From a bacterium (GTDB taxonomy: Bacteria; UBP15; UBA6099; JAJRTR01): a DNA stretch of 24,092 nucleotides. The position numbers and the translations under genes were made by a program. Location: NCBI GenBank assembly GCA_024278215.1, contig JAJRTR010000124.1:62001-86092 (forward strand), given 5' to 3'. Below, one piece after another: positions 1-8,022 of the stretch; within the stretch, counting starts at the first letter, position 1, and each line of letters opens with the position of its first letter. Below the pieces are notes generated by a model that saw nothing but the letters and a program-made list of their open reading frames with translations, searched no databases and was not told the origin of the DNA.

Positions 1-23
1 ATTCACTTTACAACAGAGGGAAA

Positions 24-2204
24 TTGAAATTGATGATCGCAGTGATTGCGGCGATTACCGTTCTGTCTTTTGCGCCGCAACCGGCGGCGGCTCTCGACAT
101 CATGCCTGTAGACCAGGTCAAAGAGGGGATGAAGGGTTACGGTAAGACGGTATTCGCGGGGGACAGGATATCCCGGTTCCCGGTGAAGGTGCGCGGAGTA
201 GTGCCCGGCAGCGGTATGAGCGGCGAGCCGCTGATACTGGTGGAGCTTACGGGCCGCGAGGTCGAGCGCTACGGCGGTGTGTCGATGGGAATGAGCGGTT
301 CGCCGATATATGTGAACAACAAGTTGATCGGAGCGCTGTCACTGGCATTCCCGTTGAGCGACCATAGTCTCGGCGGTGTGACACCTATCGAGGTGATGCT
401 CGAGGCGTCGAAGTATGACACGAAAACCGGGCCAGGCTCCGAGCAGGGTAAGATTCCGCTGGAAAAACCGCTGCGGGTGGCCGGCAAAACTTATAAATGG
501 ATACAGCACGGCGTTGCCGATTCGATGGAACCCGGCGTGTTGTATGCCCGCCCTGCCCTTGCGCCGGTGGCGGTCGGCGGCCTGAGCGACAGGGCGATGG
601 GCCTGATGAAACGGCAGTTCGCACAGAACGGTATCGAGATACGGCCTATAAAAAAGTTACAGAAAGGCACGGCGAAATCCGACGGGATCATCGGACCCGG
701 CTCGGCGCTCGAGCCCGGCAGTTCCGTGGCGGTGCAGCTCATCAGGGGCGACATCGACTTCTCGGCTGTCGGCACGGTCACTGCGATCGAAGACGGGCGT
801 GTGCTGCTGTTCGGACATCCGTTTTTCCGCAAAGGGCCGGTGGAATACCTGCTCGCGGACGCCTATGTGAACGCGATCGTAACATCGACGGATGTGCCGT
901 ATAAAATCACTACGACGGGCCTTCTGCGCGGCATGGTAGTGCAGGACAGGGGCAGCGCGCTGGTGGGCAGGCTGGACAGCTATCCGCTGCTGGTGCCGGT
1001 GAAAGTGAATGTGACCGACGCGGACATCGGGCGCAAAAAGACTGTCGCCGTAAAGATCGTGCGCGACCCGGATTTCATTGTTAATCTCATACTGATGACA
1101 GCGCTGGAAGCTATCGACAATTCGATAGACCGCATTGGGCGCGGTACGGCGAGAATGAGGTTCAACCTGCGCGCTTCGGGACACGACGGCACTGTTAAGA
1201 TGGAAAACATGTTTTATGACAGGTACGATATAGCGATCCGGTCGCTGTCGGACCTTGTAGACGCGCTGATGCTGTTCTCCGAAAACCGCTTTTTCGACTC
1301 GATGGTCACGGGCCTGGAGATAAATCTCGATATTGATTCGTCGAACTCCGTGGCGTCTATTGAAAAAGTGGAGATAGCGGAAAGGATAGAGAACCCGGCG
1401 GACGAAGCGGCCCGCACGGCGGCGGAACAACGGGCGCAGGCAAAGGGGAAAACCGCTGAAACGGAATCGGCAAAGGGAGATACGAAAGAAACAGCACCCG
1501 AAGAAACTACCGAAGAAACTTCAGCGAAAACGAAAGTATCCATCGAAAAAACGGAACTTGAAAGTATTGAAGGGAAGACGGACGAAGAAAAGGATTTCGA
1601 CGATTTTCTCGACAATATTTTCTCGACGAAAGCTAAAAATAAAAAGGGAAACGACAAGAAAGAAGAGTTTCCGCGTGTGATGCGGGGCGAGAAACTCAAG
1701 CTCAGTGTCCGCGTGCGACCATATAAGGAAGATACTGTCGGCGAGAATCTTTTTCTGAAAGTGCCGCAAAACATTGCCCTGGGCAACGCTGTGATAAAGG
1801 TTTTCTCCGGCAAACCCGAGCCCACTATGAGCGCCGGGGTTTTCAATATCGACATAAGCGCGGATAACCCCGAAGATCGTGAGCAGGCTGAAAATAATAC
1901 GTATGACGAGGAGGAAAAGGAGGAATCTTTCGATGATGTTCTCAATGATTTCCTCGATCGCGACCTCAACAACGAACTTGTGGCGACTATTATGCCGGTC
2001 GGATTCAACACCGATGATAATGAAAAAGCGGATAAGGAAAAGACCAGGAACTACACGGCTAATGAAGGCAAGGCCAAGAAACGAACCGACTGGGTGCTGA
2101 ACGGTTCGGCTGTCATGAAAGTAAAGGTGGTCGATGAAGATGGCCGCTCATTTAAAGAAATAAGGATAAAGAAATCTAAAATAAACGCCTTGCGCGTTGA
2201 ATAG
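24..2204 (+). CDS. Secreted SpoIVB-like peptidase S55 domain protein
   Basis: Signal-peptide-like N-terminus (MKLMIAVIAAITVLSFAPQPAAA). S55-type motifs GMKGYGKTVF, GGVSMGMSGSPIYVNNKLIGAL (catalytic Ser in GMSGSP), GTVT...LLFGHPF. Start could be TTG 24, TTG 30 or ATG 33 after AGAGGG. Confidence 0.85.
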   Translation: MKLMIAVIAAITVLSFAPQPAAALDIMPVDQVKEGMKGYGKTVFAGDRISRFPVKVRGVVPGSGMSGEPLILVELTGREVERYGGVSMGMSGSPIYVNNKLIGALSLAFPLSDHSLGGVTPIEVMLEASKYDTKTGPGSEQGKIPLEKPLRVAGKTYKWIQHGVADSMEPGVLYARPALAPVAVGGLSDRAMGLMKRQFAQNGIEIRPIKKLQKGTAKSDGIIGPGSALEPGSSVAVQLIRGDIDFSAVGTVTAIEDGRVLLFGHPFFRKGPVEYLLADAYVNAIVTSTDVPYKITTTGLLRGMVVQDRGSALVGRLDSYPLLVPVKVNVTDADIGRKKTVAVKIVRDPDFIVNLILMTALEAIDNSIDRIGRGTARMRFNLRASGHDGTVKMENMFYDRYDIAIRSLSDLVDALMLFSENRFFDSMVTGLEINLDIDSSNSVASIEKVEIAERIENPADEAARTAAEQRAQAKGKTAETESAKGDTKETAPEETTEETSAKTKVSIEKTELESIEGKTDEEKDFDDFLDNIFSTKAKNKKGNDKKEEFPRVMRGEKLKLSVRVRPYKEDTVGENLFLKVPQNIALGNAVIKVFSGKPEPTMSAGVFNIDISADNPEDREQAENNTYDEEEKEESFDDVLNDFLDRDLNNELVATIMPVGFNTDDNEKADKEKTRNYTANEGKAKKRTDWVLNGSAVMKVKVVDEDGRSFKEIRIKKSKINALRVE

Positions 2205-2222
2205 AAAATATGGTGATGTAGA

Positions 2223-2762
2223 ATGGCGAAAAAAACAATGAAGTCAAAAGAGAATCCCGCGCGGATATGCGTGGTTATGGGAAGCGACTCCGACTTGAAG
2301 GGCCTTACGCCCTGCATGGAAACGCTGGACGGTTTCGGGATCGACTACGAGGTCTATATTGCCTCGGCGCACCGCACGCATGAATACCTGAAGCGTATAA
2401 TCAGGAAGTTCGACCGGGCCGGCGGCAGCGTGGTGATAGCGGCGGCCGGCGGGGCGGCGCACCTGCCGGGCGTTGTGGCGGCGCTGACGACGCTGCCGGT
2501 GATCGGCGTGCCGATGGTCTCGAAACTGCTGGGGCTGGACTCGCTGCTGTCGATCGTGCAGATGCCGTCGGGCATGCCGGTGGCGACAGTCGCCACGGGC
2601 GGCGCGAAAAACGCGGCGCTGCTGGCTGTCCAGATACTCGCTGTTTCGGACGGGAGACTCAGGGCGAAGTATGAGGACTTCAGGGCAAAACAGGCGGAAG
2701 GCGTGATGGCGAAGTCGAAGAAGTTGCAGCAGAAGGGATACCTGCATTACTTCGACGAGTAA
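2223..2762 (+). CDS. purE: N5-carboxyaminoimidazole ribonucleotide mutase (class I PurE)
   Basis: Motifs [61 protein letters not shown]; first gene of the pur cluster. Confidence 0.96.
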   Translation: MAKKTMKSKENPARICVVMGSDSDLKGLTPCMETLDGFGIDYEVYIASAHRTHEYLKRIIRKFDRAGGSVVIAAAGGAAHLPGVVAALTTLPVIGVPMVSKLLGLDSLLSIVQMPSGMPVATVATGGAKNAALLAVQILAVSDGRLRAKYEDFRAKQAEGVMAKSKKLQQKGYLHYFDE

Positions 2763-2814
2763 TGTGGATTGTGTAAAAGATGTTTAAACAGCTAAGACAC
2801 TTAGGAGCCGATAA

Positions 2815-4104
2815 ATGATAGAACGATATACGTATGAACCGATGGGCTCGATCTGGGCGGAGCGTAACAAGTTTCAGAAATGGCTCGACGTGGAGGTCGC
2901 GGTCTGCGAAGCGATGAACAAAAAAGGTGAGATTCCGGATAAGGACCTCGCGATAATCAAGAAGAAAGCCGCTTTCACGGTGGACCGAATCAATGAAATA
3001 GAAAAAGAAACAGACCATGACGTGATCGCGTTCCTGACGAATGTTGCGGAGAATGTCGGGAAGCCGTCGCGCTATATCCACAAGGGAATGACGTCGTCGG
3101 ACGTACTGGACACGGCTATGGCACTGCGGATGCGCGAGTCGGCCGACGTCATTCTGAAAGAGATAAGAGAAGTCCGCAAGGTGCTGAAACGGCAGGCGAA
3201 AAAACATAAGAACACAGTGATGGTGGGACGCACACACGGCATACACGCCGAGCCGATGACATTCGGGTTGAAACTGCTGTTGTGGTACGACGAAATGGGC
3301 CGCAACGAGGACCGCATGAAAAGGGCGAAAGAAATAATATCTGTGGGCAAGATATCCGGCGCGGTGGGCACATACTCGAACCTTCCGCCGGACATCGAGG
3401 CGGCGGCGTGCAGGGCGCTCAAACTGAAACCCGCGAAACTTGCCACGCAGGTGATACAGCGCGACAGACACGCGGAGTTCATGTCGCATATCGCCGTGCT
3501 GGGCGGCACGATAGAAAAGATCGCCACCGAGTTTCGCGGATTGCAACGCACGGACATAAGGGAAGTAGAGGAGTATTTCGCGAAGGGGCAGAAAGGGTCT
3601 TCGGCCATGCCGCACAAGCGAAACCCGATTACGTGCGAGCGCCTCGCGGGCCTGAGCAGGGTGCTGAGGGCGAACGCGCACACGGCTTGCGAGAACATCG
3701 CCCTGTGGCACGAGCGCGACATCACACATTCGTCCGTCGAGCGCGTGATTATCCCCGACAGCTGCATTCTGGTCCACTATATGCTCGTAAGACTCAAAAA
3801 GATACTGGACAACTTCATAGTGTATCCGGAGCGTATGTTGGAGAACCTGAACAGGACGCGCGGCCTGATATTCTCGCAGCGCATGTTGCTGGGACTCGTG
3901 GACAAAGGAATAACCCGCGAGGAAGCCTACACGCTCGTGCAGCGCAACGCGATGAACGTGTGGAAGGGCGAAGACGACTTCAAGGCGTTGCTGAAGAGAG
4001 ATGCCGATGTCATGAAACTGCTGTCCGAAGAAGAGATCGAGGAATTGTTCGACATAAACTATTTTTTAAGGCATGTGGACAAGATATATAAACGGTTTTA
4101 TTAA
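2815..4104 (+). CDS. purB: Adenylosuccinate lyase
   Basis: MIERY start, HDVIAF, TSSDVLDT, GRTHGIHAEP, GSSAMPHKRNP signature, WHERDITHSSVER; AGGAG RBS upstream. Confidence 0.97.
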   Translation: MIERYTYEPMGSIWAERNKFQKWLDVEVAVCEAMNKKGEIPDKDLAIIKKKAAFTVDRINEIEKETDHDVIAFLTNVAENVGKPSRYIHKGMTSSDVLDTAMALRMRESADVILKEIREVRKVLKRQAKKHKNTVMVGRTHGIHAEPMTFGLKLLLWYDEMGRNEDRMKRAKEIISVGKISGAVGTYSNLPPDIEAAACRALKLKPAKLATQVIQRDRHAEFMSHIAVLGGTIEKIATEFRGLQRTDIREVEEYFAKGQKGSSAMPHKRNPITCERLAGLSRVLRANAHTACENIALWHERDITHSSVERVIIPDSCILVHYMLVRLKKILDNFIVYPERMLENLNRTRGLIFSQRMLLGLVDKGITREEAYTLVQRNAMNVWKGEDDFKALLKRDADVMKLLSEEEIEELFDINYFLRHVDKIYKRFY

Positions 4105-4122
4105 CAGAGTGGGAGTCGCGAC

Positions 4123-4833
4123 ATGGTAAAAAGTGCCCTTATCTACGAGGGACGCGGGAAACAGATGTATCGCGCCGGCGGCAGCGCCGACACGTGCATC
4201 GTCGAGTTCAACGACGGAGCAACGAGTTACGATGGCGACGAACGCCGCGAATTCGAAGAGAAAGGCACCCTTCGCAATCACATCACGACGATTCTCATGG
4301 AAGTACTCGAGTCTGAAAATATCCCGACATTTTATCGACGGCCGGACGGCACAAGGGGCATGGAAGTGAGTGCCCTTAACTTGTTTCCGATTGAAGTTGT
4401 CTGCTACAACGCGGCATCGGGCAGCTTCATGCGCAGGCTCGGCCTCGCGGAGGGAGAAGTCCTGCCGTTTACGGTGGTCGAGTTTTTCTTCAGAGGCAGG
4501 GGGCCCTGCTCGCCGGCCCTGCGTGTAAGCGGCCTGAGAGAGATCACGACGATAACCGAAGGCGACGTGAAGACAATGCAGGCAAGGACGATCATGGCAA
4601 ACAAAACACTGAGGAAATTTCTCTATAACAAAGGGCTTGTACTCGCCGAAATGAGACTGGTATTCGGGAAGACCCTCGAGGGCGGTTTGCGCATCGGCGA
4701 CGAGATTTCACCCGACACATGCCGCCTCTGGCTGCGGGACGACCACGAAAAGATCGACAGGGGCCGTTTTCTGAAAGAACTCGGAACGGATGAAGAGGGA
4801 TATCGCAAAGCGGCATCGCTGATCAGCAACTGA
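4123..4833 (+). CDS. purC: SAICAR synthetase-family protein (PurC), highly divergent active site
   Basis: IYEGRGK N-terminus, GSFMRRLG, DEISPDTCRLW; 236 aa, colinear with typical PurC; lies between purB and purF; GGGAG RBS. Several conserved residues are substituted (see findings). Confidence 0.88.
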   Translation: MVKSALIYEGRGKQMYRAGGSADTCIVEFNDGATSYDGDERREFEEKGTLRNHITTILMEVLESENIPTFYRRPDGTRGMEVSALNLFPIEVVCYNAASGSFMRRLGLAEGEVLPFTVVEFFFRGRGPCSPALRVSGLREITTITEGDVKTMQARTIMANKTLRKFLYNKGLVLAEMRLVFGKTLEGGLRIGDEISPDTCRLWLRDDHEKIDRGRFLKELGTDEEGYRKAASLISN

Positions 4834-4847
4834 AAGGAATCGCTTAC

Positions 4848-6302
4848 ATGTGTCTCCACATAGATAAAGAACTTCCTGAGAAGTGGCATGAGGAATGCGG
4901 AGTGTTCGGCGTTGTCGCTCCCGGCTTCGAAGTTGCCAGGCTGACATATTTCGGGCTTTTCGCGCTCCAGCACAGGGGACAGGAAAGCGCGGGCATCGTT
5001 GTGCAGACGGATAAACACGTAACCTGCCACAAGGACATGGGGCTCGTCACCCAGGCATTCAACGAGAAGCTGCTCTCGATGATGCACGGCTATGCCGCTA
5101 TCGGCCACGTCCGATACTCGACAACCGGTTCGAGCATCGTGCGAAACGCGCAGCCGATCGAAGCGAAAGGGAAAAGACACATCTTCCTCGCACACAACGG
5201 AAACCTCGTGAACTCGACAGCGTTGCGCAATAAATATGAAAACAAGGGCATCTCCTTTTCGTCGACAACAGACAGTGAGATCATGGCGGAGATAATCGCC
5301 GACAGCGACACCGGCAATGTGGAAAAAGCAATTATCGAGTGCATGGAAGTCGCAAGGGGCGCGTTCAGCATGGTCATCATGGCCGAAGGCAGAATCTTCG
5401 CGCTGCGCGACCCCCACGGCATCAGGCCGCTGTGCCTGGGCAAACTCAACAACTCCGGCTGGGTAGTCGCTTCGGAGACCTGCGCCTTGGATATTGTCGG
5501 CGCGGACTTTTTCCGGGACGTGGCCCCGGGCGAACTCGTCGAGATTACAGCAACCGAGGTAAAAACCATTCACTGCGTGGAATCGCCACGATGCGCCACG
5601 TGCATCTTCGAGTTCATTTATTTCGCGCGCCCCGACAGCTATCTGCTCGACAGGTGCCTCTACAGGGTGCGCGAAAGTATGGGGCAGATTCTCGCCCGCG
5701 AAGCACCAGCGGACGCGGATGTAGTGATCTCCGTGCCCGACTCGGGAACTCCCGCCGCCATCGGCTATGCAAAAGAGTCGGGAATCCCCTTCCAGGAAGG
5801 TCTAATCAAGAACAGGTACATCGGTCGCACTTTCATACAGCCCGACCAGCGCATCAGGGCCATGGGCATAAAAATGAAACTCAACCCGCTCCGGGATACA
5901 ATCGAGGGGAAAAGAATCGTTATAGTCGACGACTCGATCGTCCGCGGCACCACCAGCTCGAAGATTATACAGTTGCTGCGCGACTCCGGCGCGAAGGAAG
6001 TGCACATGAGAGTGAGCTCGCCGCCGGTCAAGAACTCCTGTTTCTACGGCATCGACACAGCAACAGCCTCGGACCTGATCGCGAATTCGAGAACCGTCGA
6101 ACAGATAAGAGAGATCATCAAGCCGGATACACTCAAATATCTCAGCATCGACGGACTGGTGGAGGCAACGGGCCTGACACCCGATAATTTCTGCCTGGCC
6201 TGTTTCAACAACGATTATCCGATAAGCATACCCAGACAGCTCGACCTGACAAAAATGGCGCTCGAAAACCATGATGAGGTGGCCCTCGCGAAGGCCACAT
6301 AA
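4848..6302 (+). CDS. purF: Amidophosphoribosyltransferase, Bacillus-type (propeptide and Fe-S Cys motifs)
   Basis: Propeptide ending EE-CGVFG, QHRGQESAG, GHVRYST, HNGNL, CIFEFIYFARPDS, PRPP motif VIVDDSIVRGTTS, CFYGID, CLACF. Confidence 0.97.
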   Translation: MCLHIDKELPEKWHEECGVFGVVAPGFEVARLTYFGLFALQHRGQESAGIVVQTDKHVTCHKDMGLVTQAFNEKLLSMMHGYAAIGHVRYSTTGSSIVRNAQPIEAKGKRHIFLAHNGNLVNSTALRNKYENKGISFSSTTDSEIMAEIIADSDTGNVEKAIIECMEVARGAFSMVIMAEGRIFALRDPHGIRPLCLGKLNNSGWVVASETCALDIVGADFFRDVAPGELVEITATEVKTIHCVESPRCATCIFEFIYFARPDSYLLDRCLYRVRESMGQILAREAPADADVVISVPDSGTPAAIGYAKESGIPFQEGLIKNRYIGRTFIQPDQRIRAMGIKMKLNPLRDTIEGKRIVIVDDSIVRGTTSSKIIQLLRDSGAKEVHMRVSSPPVKNSCFYGIDTATASDLIANSRTVEQIREIIKPDTLKYLSIDGLVEATGLTPDNFCLACFNNDYPISIPRQLDLTKMALENHDEVALAKAT

Positions 6303-6330
6303 TCCGGATTCCTCACAAAGGATTCCGGAT
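6302..6330 (+). terminator. Stem-loop directly after purF stop (possible terminator or processing site)
   Basis: ATCCGGATTCCT-CACAA-AGGATTCCGGAT: 12-bp stem with one mismatch; no clear U-tract. Confidence 0.4.
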
Positions 6331-6411
6331 AATCATAAGAATTCTCATGGTTTTCAGCCTGCGTTGACAAATTATGGGGGATAATCGGGCCGTATGTCGA
6401 CAAAACGCAAT

Positions 6412-6440
6412 TTGACTTGCCGAAACCAAAATGCTAATAT
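6412..6440 (+). promoter_or_regulatory. Putative sigma70-type promoter upstream of the pilT pair
   Basis: TTGACT (6412-6417), 17-bp spacer, TAATAT (6435-6440), with extended -10 TG at 6432-6433. Confidence 0.5.
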
Positions 6441-6661
6441 CCATTCTGTTGATTATTTCCGACAACAGCCGTATTTTCAGAGCGGTTTCGAAATAATCCT
6501 GAACTTGTGCGCTTCCGAAACCAGCACCGAATCTCACGGGGGCACAGCCGGGAAATAAAGAACAAATTCCGGTCATGCCACCGAGTTTTCAATAATTATC
6601 GACACTTGCGCAAGTCCGGCCAATCCCTGTTAACAGGAAATCAATATATCACGGAAAAACT

Positions 6662-8017
6662 ATGGAACCCAACCAGAAGAAACCCCCGCAACCACGACCG
6701 ACAATGCAACAGGGTCCACCCCGACAACACCCTCAGCCCCAACCGCAGCGCCAGGGACAACCACACCCACCGGCACAACAGCGCCGCCCCCAGCCCGGAG
6801 CGCCGCCCCAGCAACAACCCGCCCCGCCGCAGCAGAACCGGCAACACCCGCCCCAACAACACCCGCACACCCAACCACAGCGCAGGATCATAAACAGACC
6901 CGACCAGAAAAAAGGCCCCATCGACAAGCCGCCGGTCACTCACAATAATCCTCGCGAACAACTCAACCTTCACCTTAAGTATATGTACGAAAGCGAAGGT
7001 TCCGACATACATTTCAAAGCAAACAGTCCGGCCTTCATCAGGGTGTACGGCAAGCTGCAACCCGTAGACCCAAACGCGAACCTGGCCCCCGAGACTATCG
7101 AAAAAATGGTTTTCTCGATAATGAATGAAAGACAGCGGAAGGGGTACAACGAAACAAACGAATGCGACATGTCCTACAGCCTGCCGGGGGTTTCACGCTT
7201 CAGGGTAAACATTTTCAGACAGAGCGGATTCACCGGCGCGGTCTTCAGGACCATACCGCTCAAGATACAGAAAATCAGGGAATTGAATCTGCCGATCATA
7301 CTTGAGAAACTCGCCGACAGGCCCAAGGGACTCATTCTGGTCACAGGCCCCACGGGCTCTGGAAAATCGACAACACTCGCGGCGATGATCGACCACATAA
7401 ATGAAAGCCGCAACGAACACATCCTGACCATCGAAGACCCCATCGAGTTCCTGCACAGGGACAAGAAGTGCAGTGTCTGCCAGCGCGAAGTAGGAGAGGA
7501 CACCGTATCATTCGCTCGCGCTCTTCGCTCCGCGCTTCGCGAAGACCCCGATGTGATCCTCGTCGGCGAACTGCGTAACCTCGAGACCATATCACTCGCC
7601 ATCACAGCCGCGGAAACCGGTCACCTCGTGTTCGCCACGCTCCACACAACCGGCGCGGTCCAGACCATCAACAGGATCATCGACGTGTTCCCACCCCATC
7701 AGCAACAACAGATACGAATGCAGCTTTCCGTCACTCTCCAGAGCGTAATTTCCCAAACACTCATACCACTGTTAACCGGCAAAGGCCGGGCCGTGGGTAT
7801 TGAGATCATGGTCATAAGCTCGGCCATCTCCAGCCTCATCCGTGAGAATAAAGTTCACATGATCTCCCAGATGATTCAGGCGGGGAAAGAACAGGGGATG
7901 ATAAGCCTCGACCAGAATCTGGCGGAACTCTATAAAAAACGCAAGATATCCTATGAAGACGCGCTCGCTAAATGCCAGGCGCCAAATGACTTCAAGAAAA
8001 TCATTGAAAGAGGATAA
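6662..8017 (+). CDS. pilT: PilT/PilU-family type IV pilus retraction ATPase with Pro/Gln-rich N-terminal extension
   Basis: SDIHF, RFRVNIFRQ, Walker A GPTGSGKST, TIEDPIE, LREDPDVILVGE, His box TGHLVFATLH; the AIRNLIRE helix reads AISSLIRE. Confidence 0.9.
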   Translation: MEPNQKKPPQPRPTMQQGPPRQHPQPQPQRQGQPHPPAQQRRPQPGAPPQQQPAPPQQNRQHPPQQHPHTQPQRRIINRPDQKKGPIDKPPVTHNNPREQLNLHLKYMYESEGSDIHFKANSPAFIRVYGKLQPVDPNANLAPETIEKMVFSIMNERQRKGYNETNECDMSYSLPGVSRFRVNIFRQSGFTGAVFRTIPLKIQKIRELNLPIILEKLADRPKGLILVTGPTGSGKSTTLAAMIDHINESRNEHILTIEDPIEFLHRDKKCSVCQREVGEDTVSFARALRSALREDPDVILVGELRNLETISLAITAAETGHLVFATLHTTGAVQTINRIIDVFPPHQQQQIRMQLSVTLQSVISQTLIPLLTGKGRAVGIEIMVISSAISSLIRENKVHMISQMIQAGKEQGMISLDQNLAELYKKRKISYEDALAKCQAPNDFKKIIERG

Positions 8018-8022
8018 CAACG

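Noticed and set aside
2680..3777. Long alternative-frame and antisense ORFs (e.g. 2680..3777, 4623..5573, 10360..11433, 17529..18659)
   Set aside because: They overlap well-supported genes, have no recognisable motifs, and are expected from codon bias in GC-rich coding DNA.
6364..6385. TTGACA...GATAAT promoter
   Set aside because: The spacer is only 10 bp; the 6412-6440 match has correct geometry.
6507..6893. ORF 6507..6893 and reverse ORFs over the P/Q-rich tract
   Set aside because: Low-complexity C/A-rich sequence is depleted of stop codons in several frames; only the frame continuous with PilT is supported.
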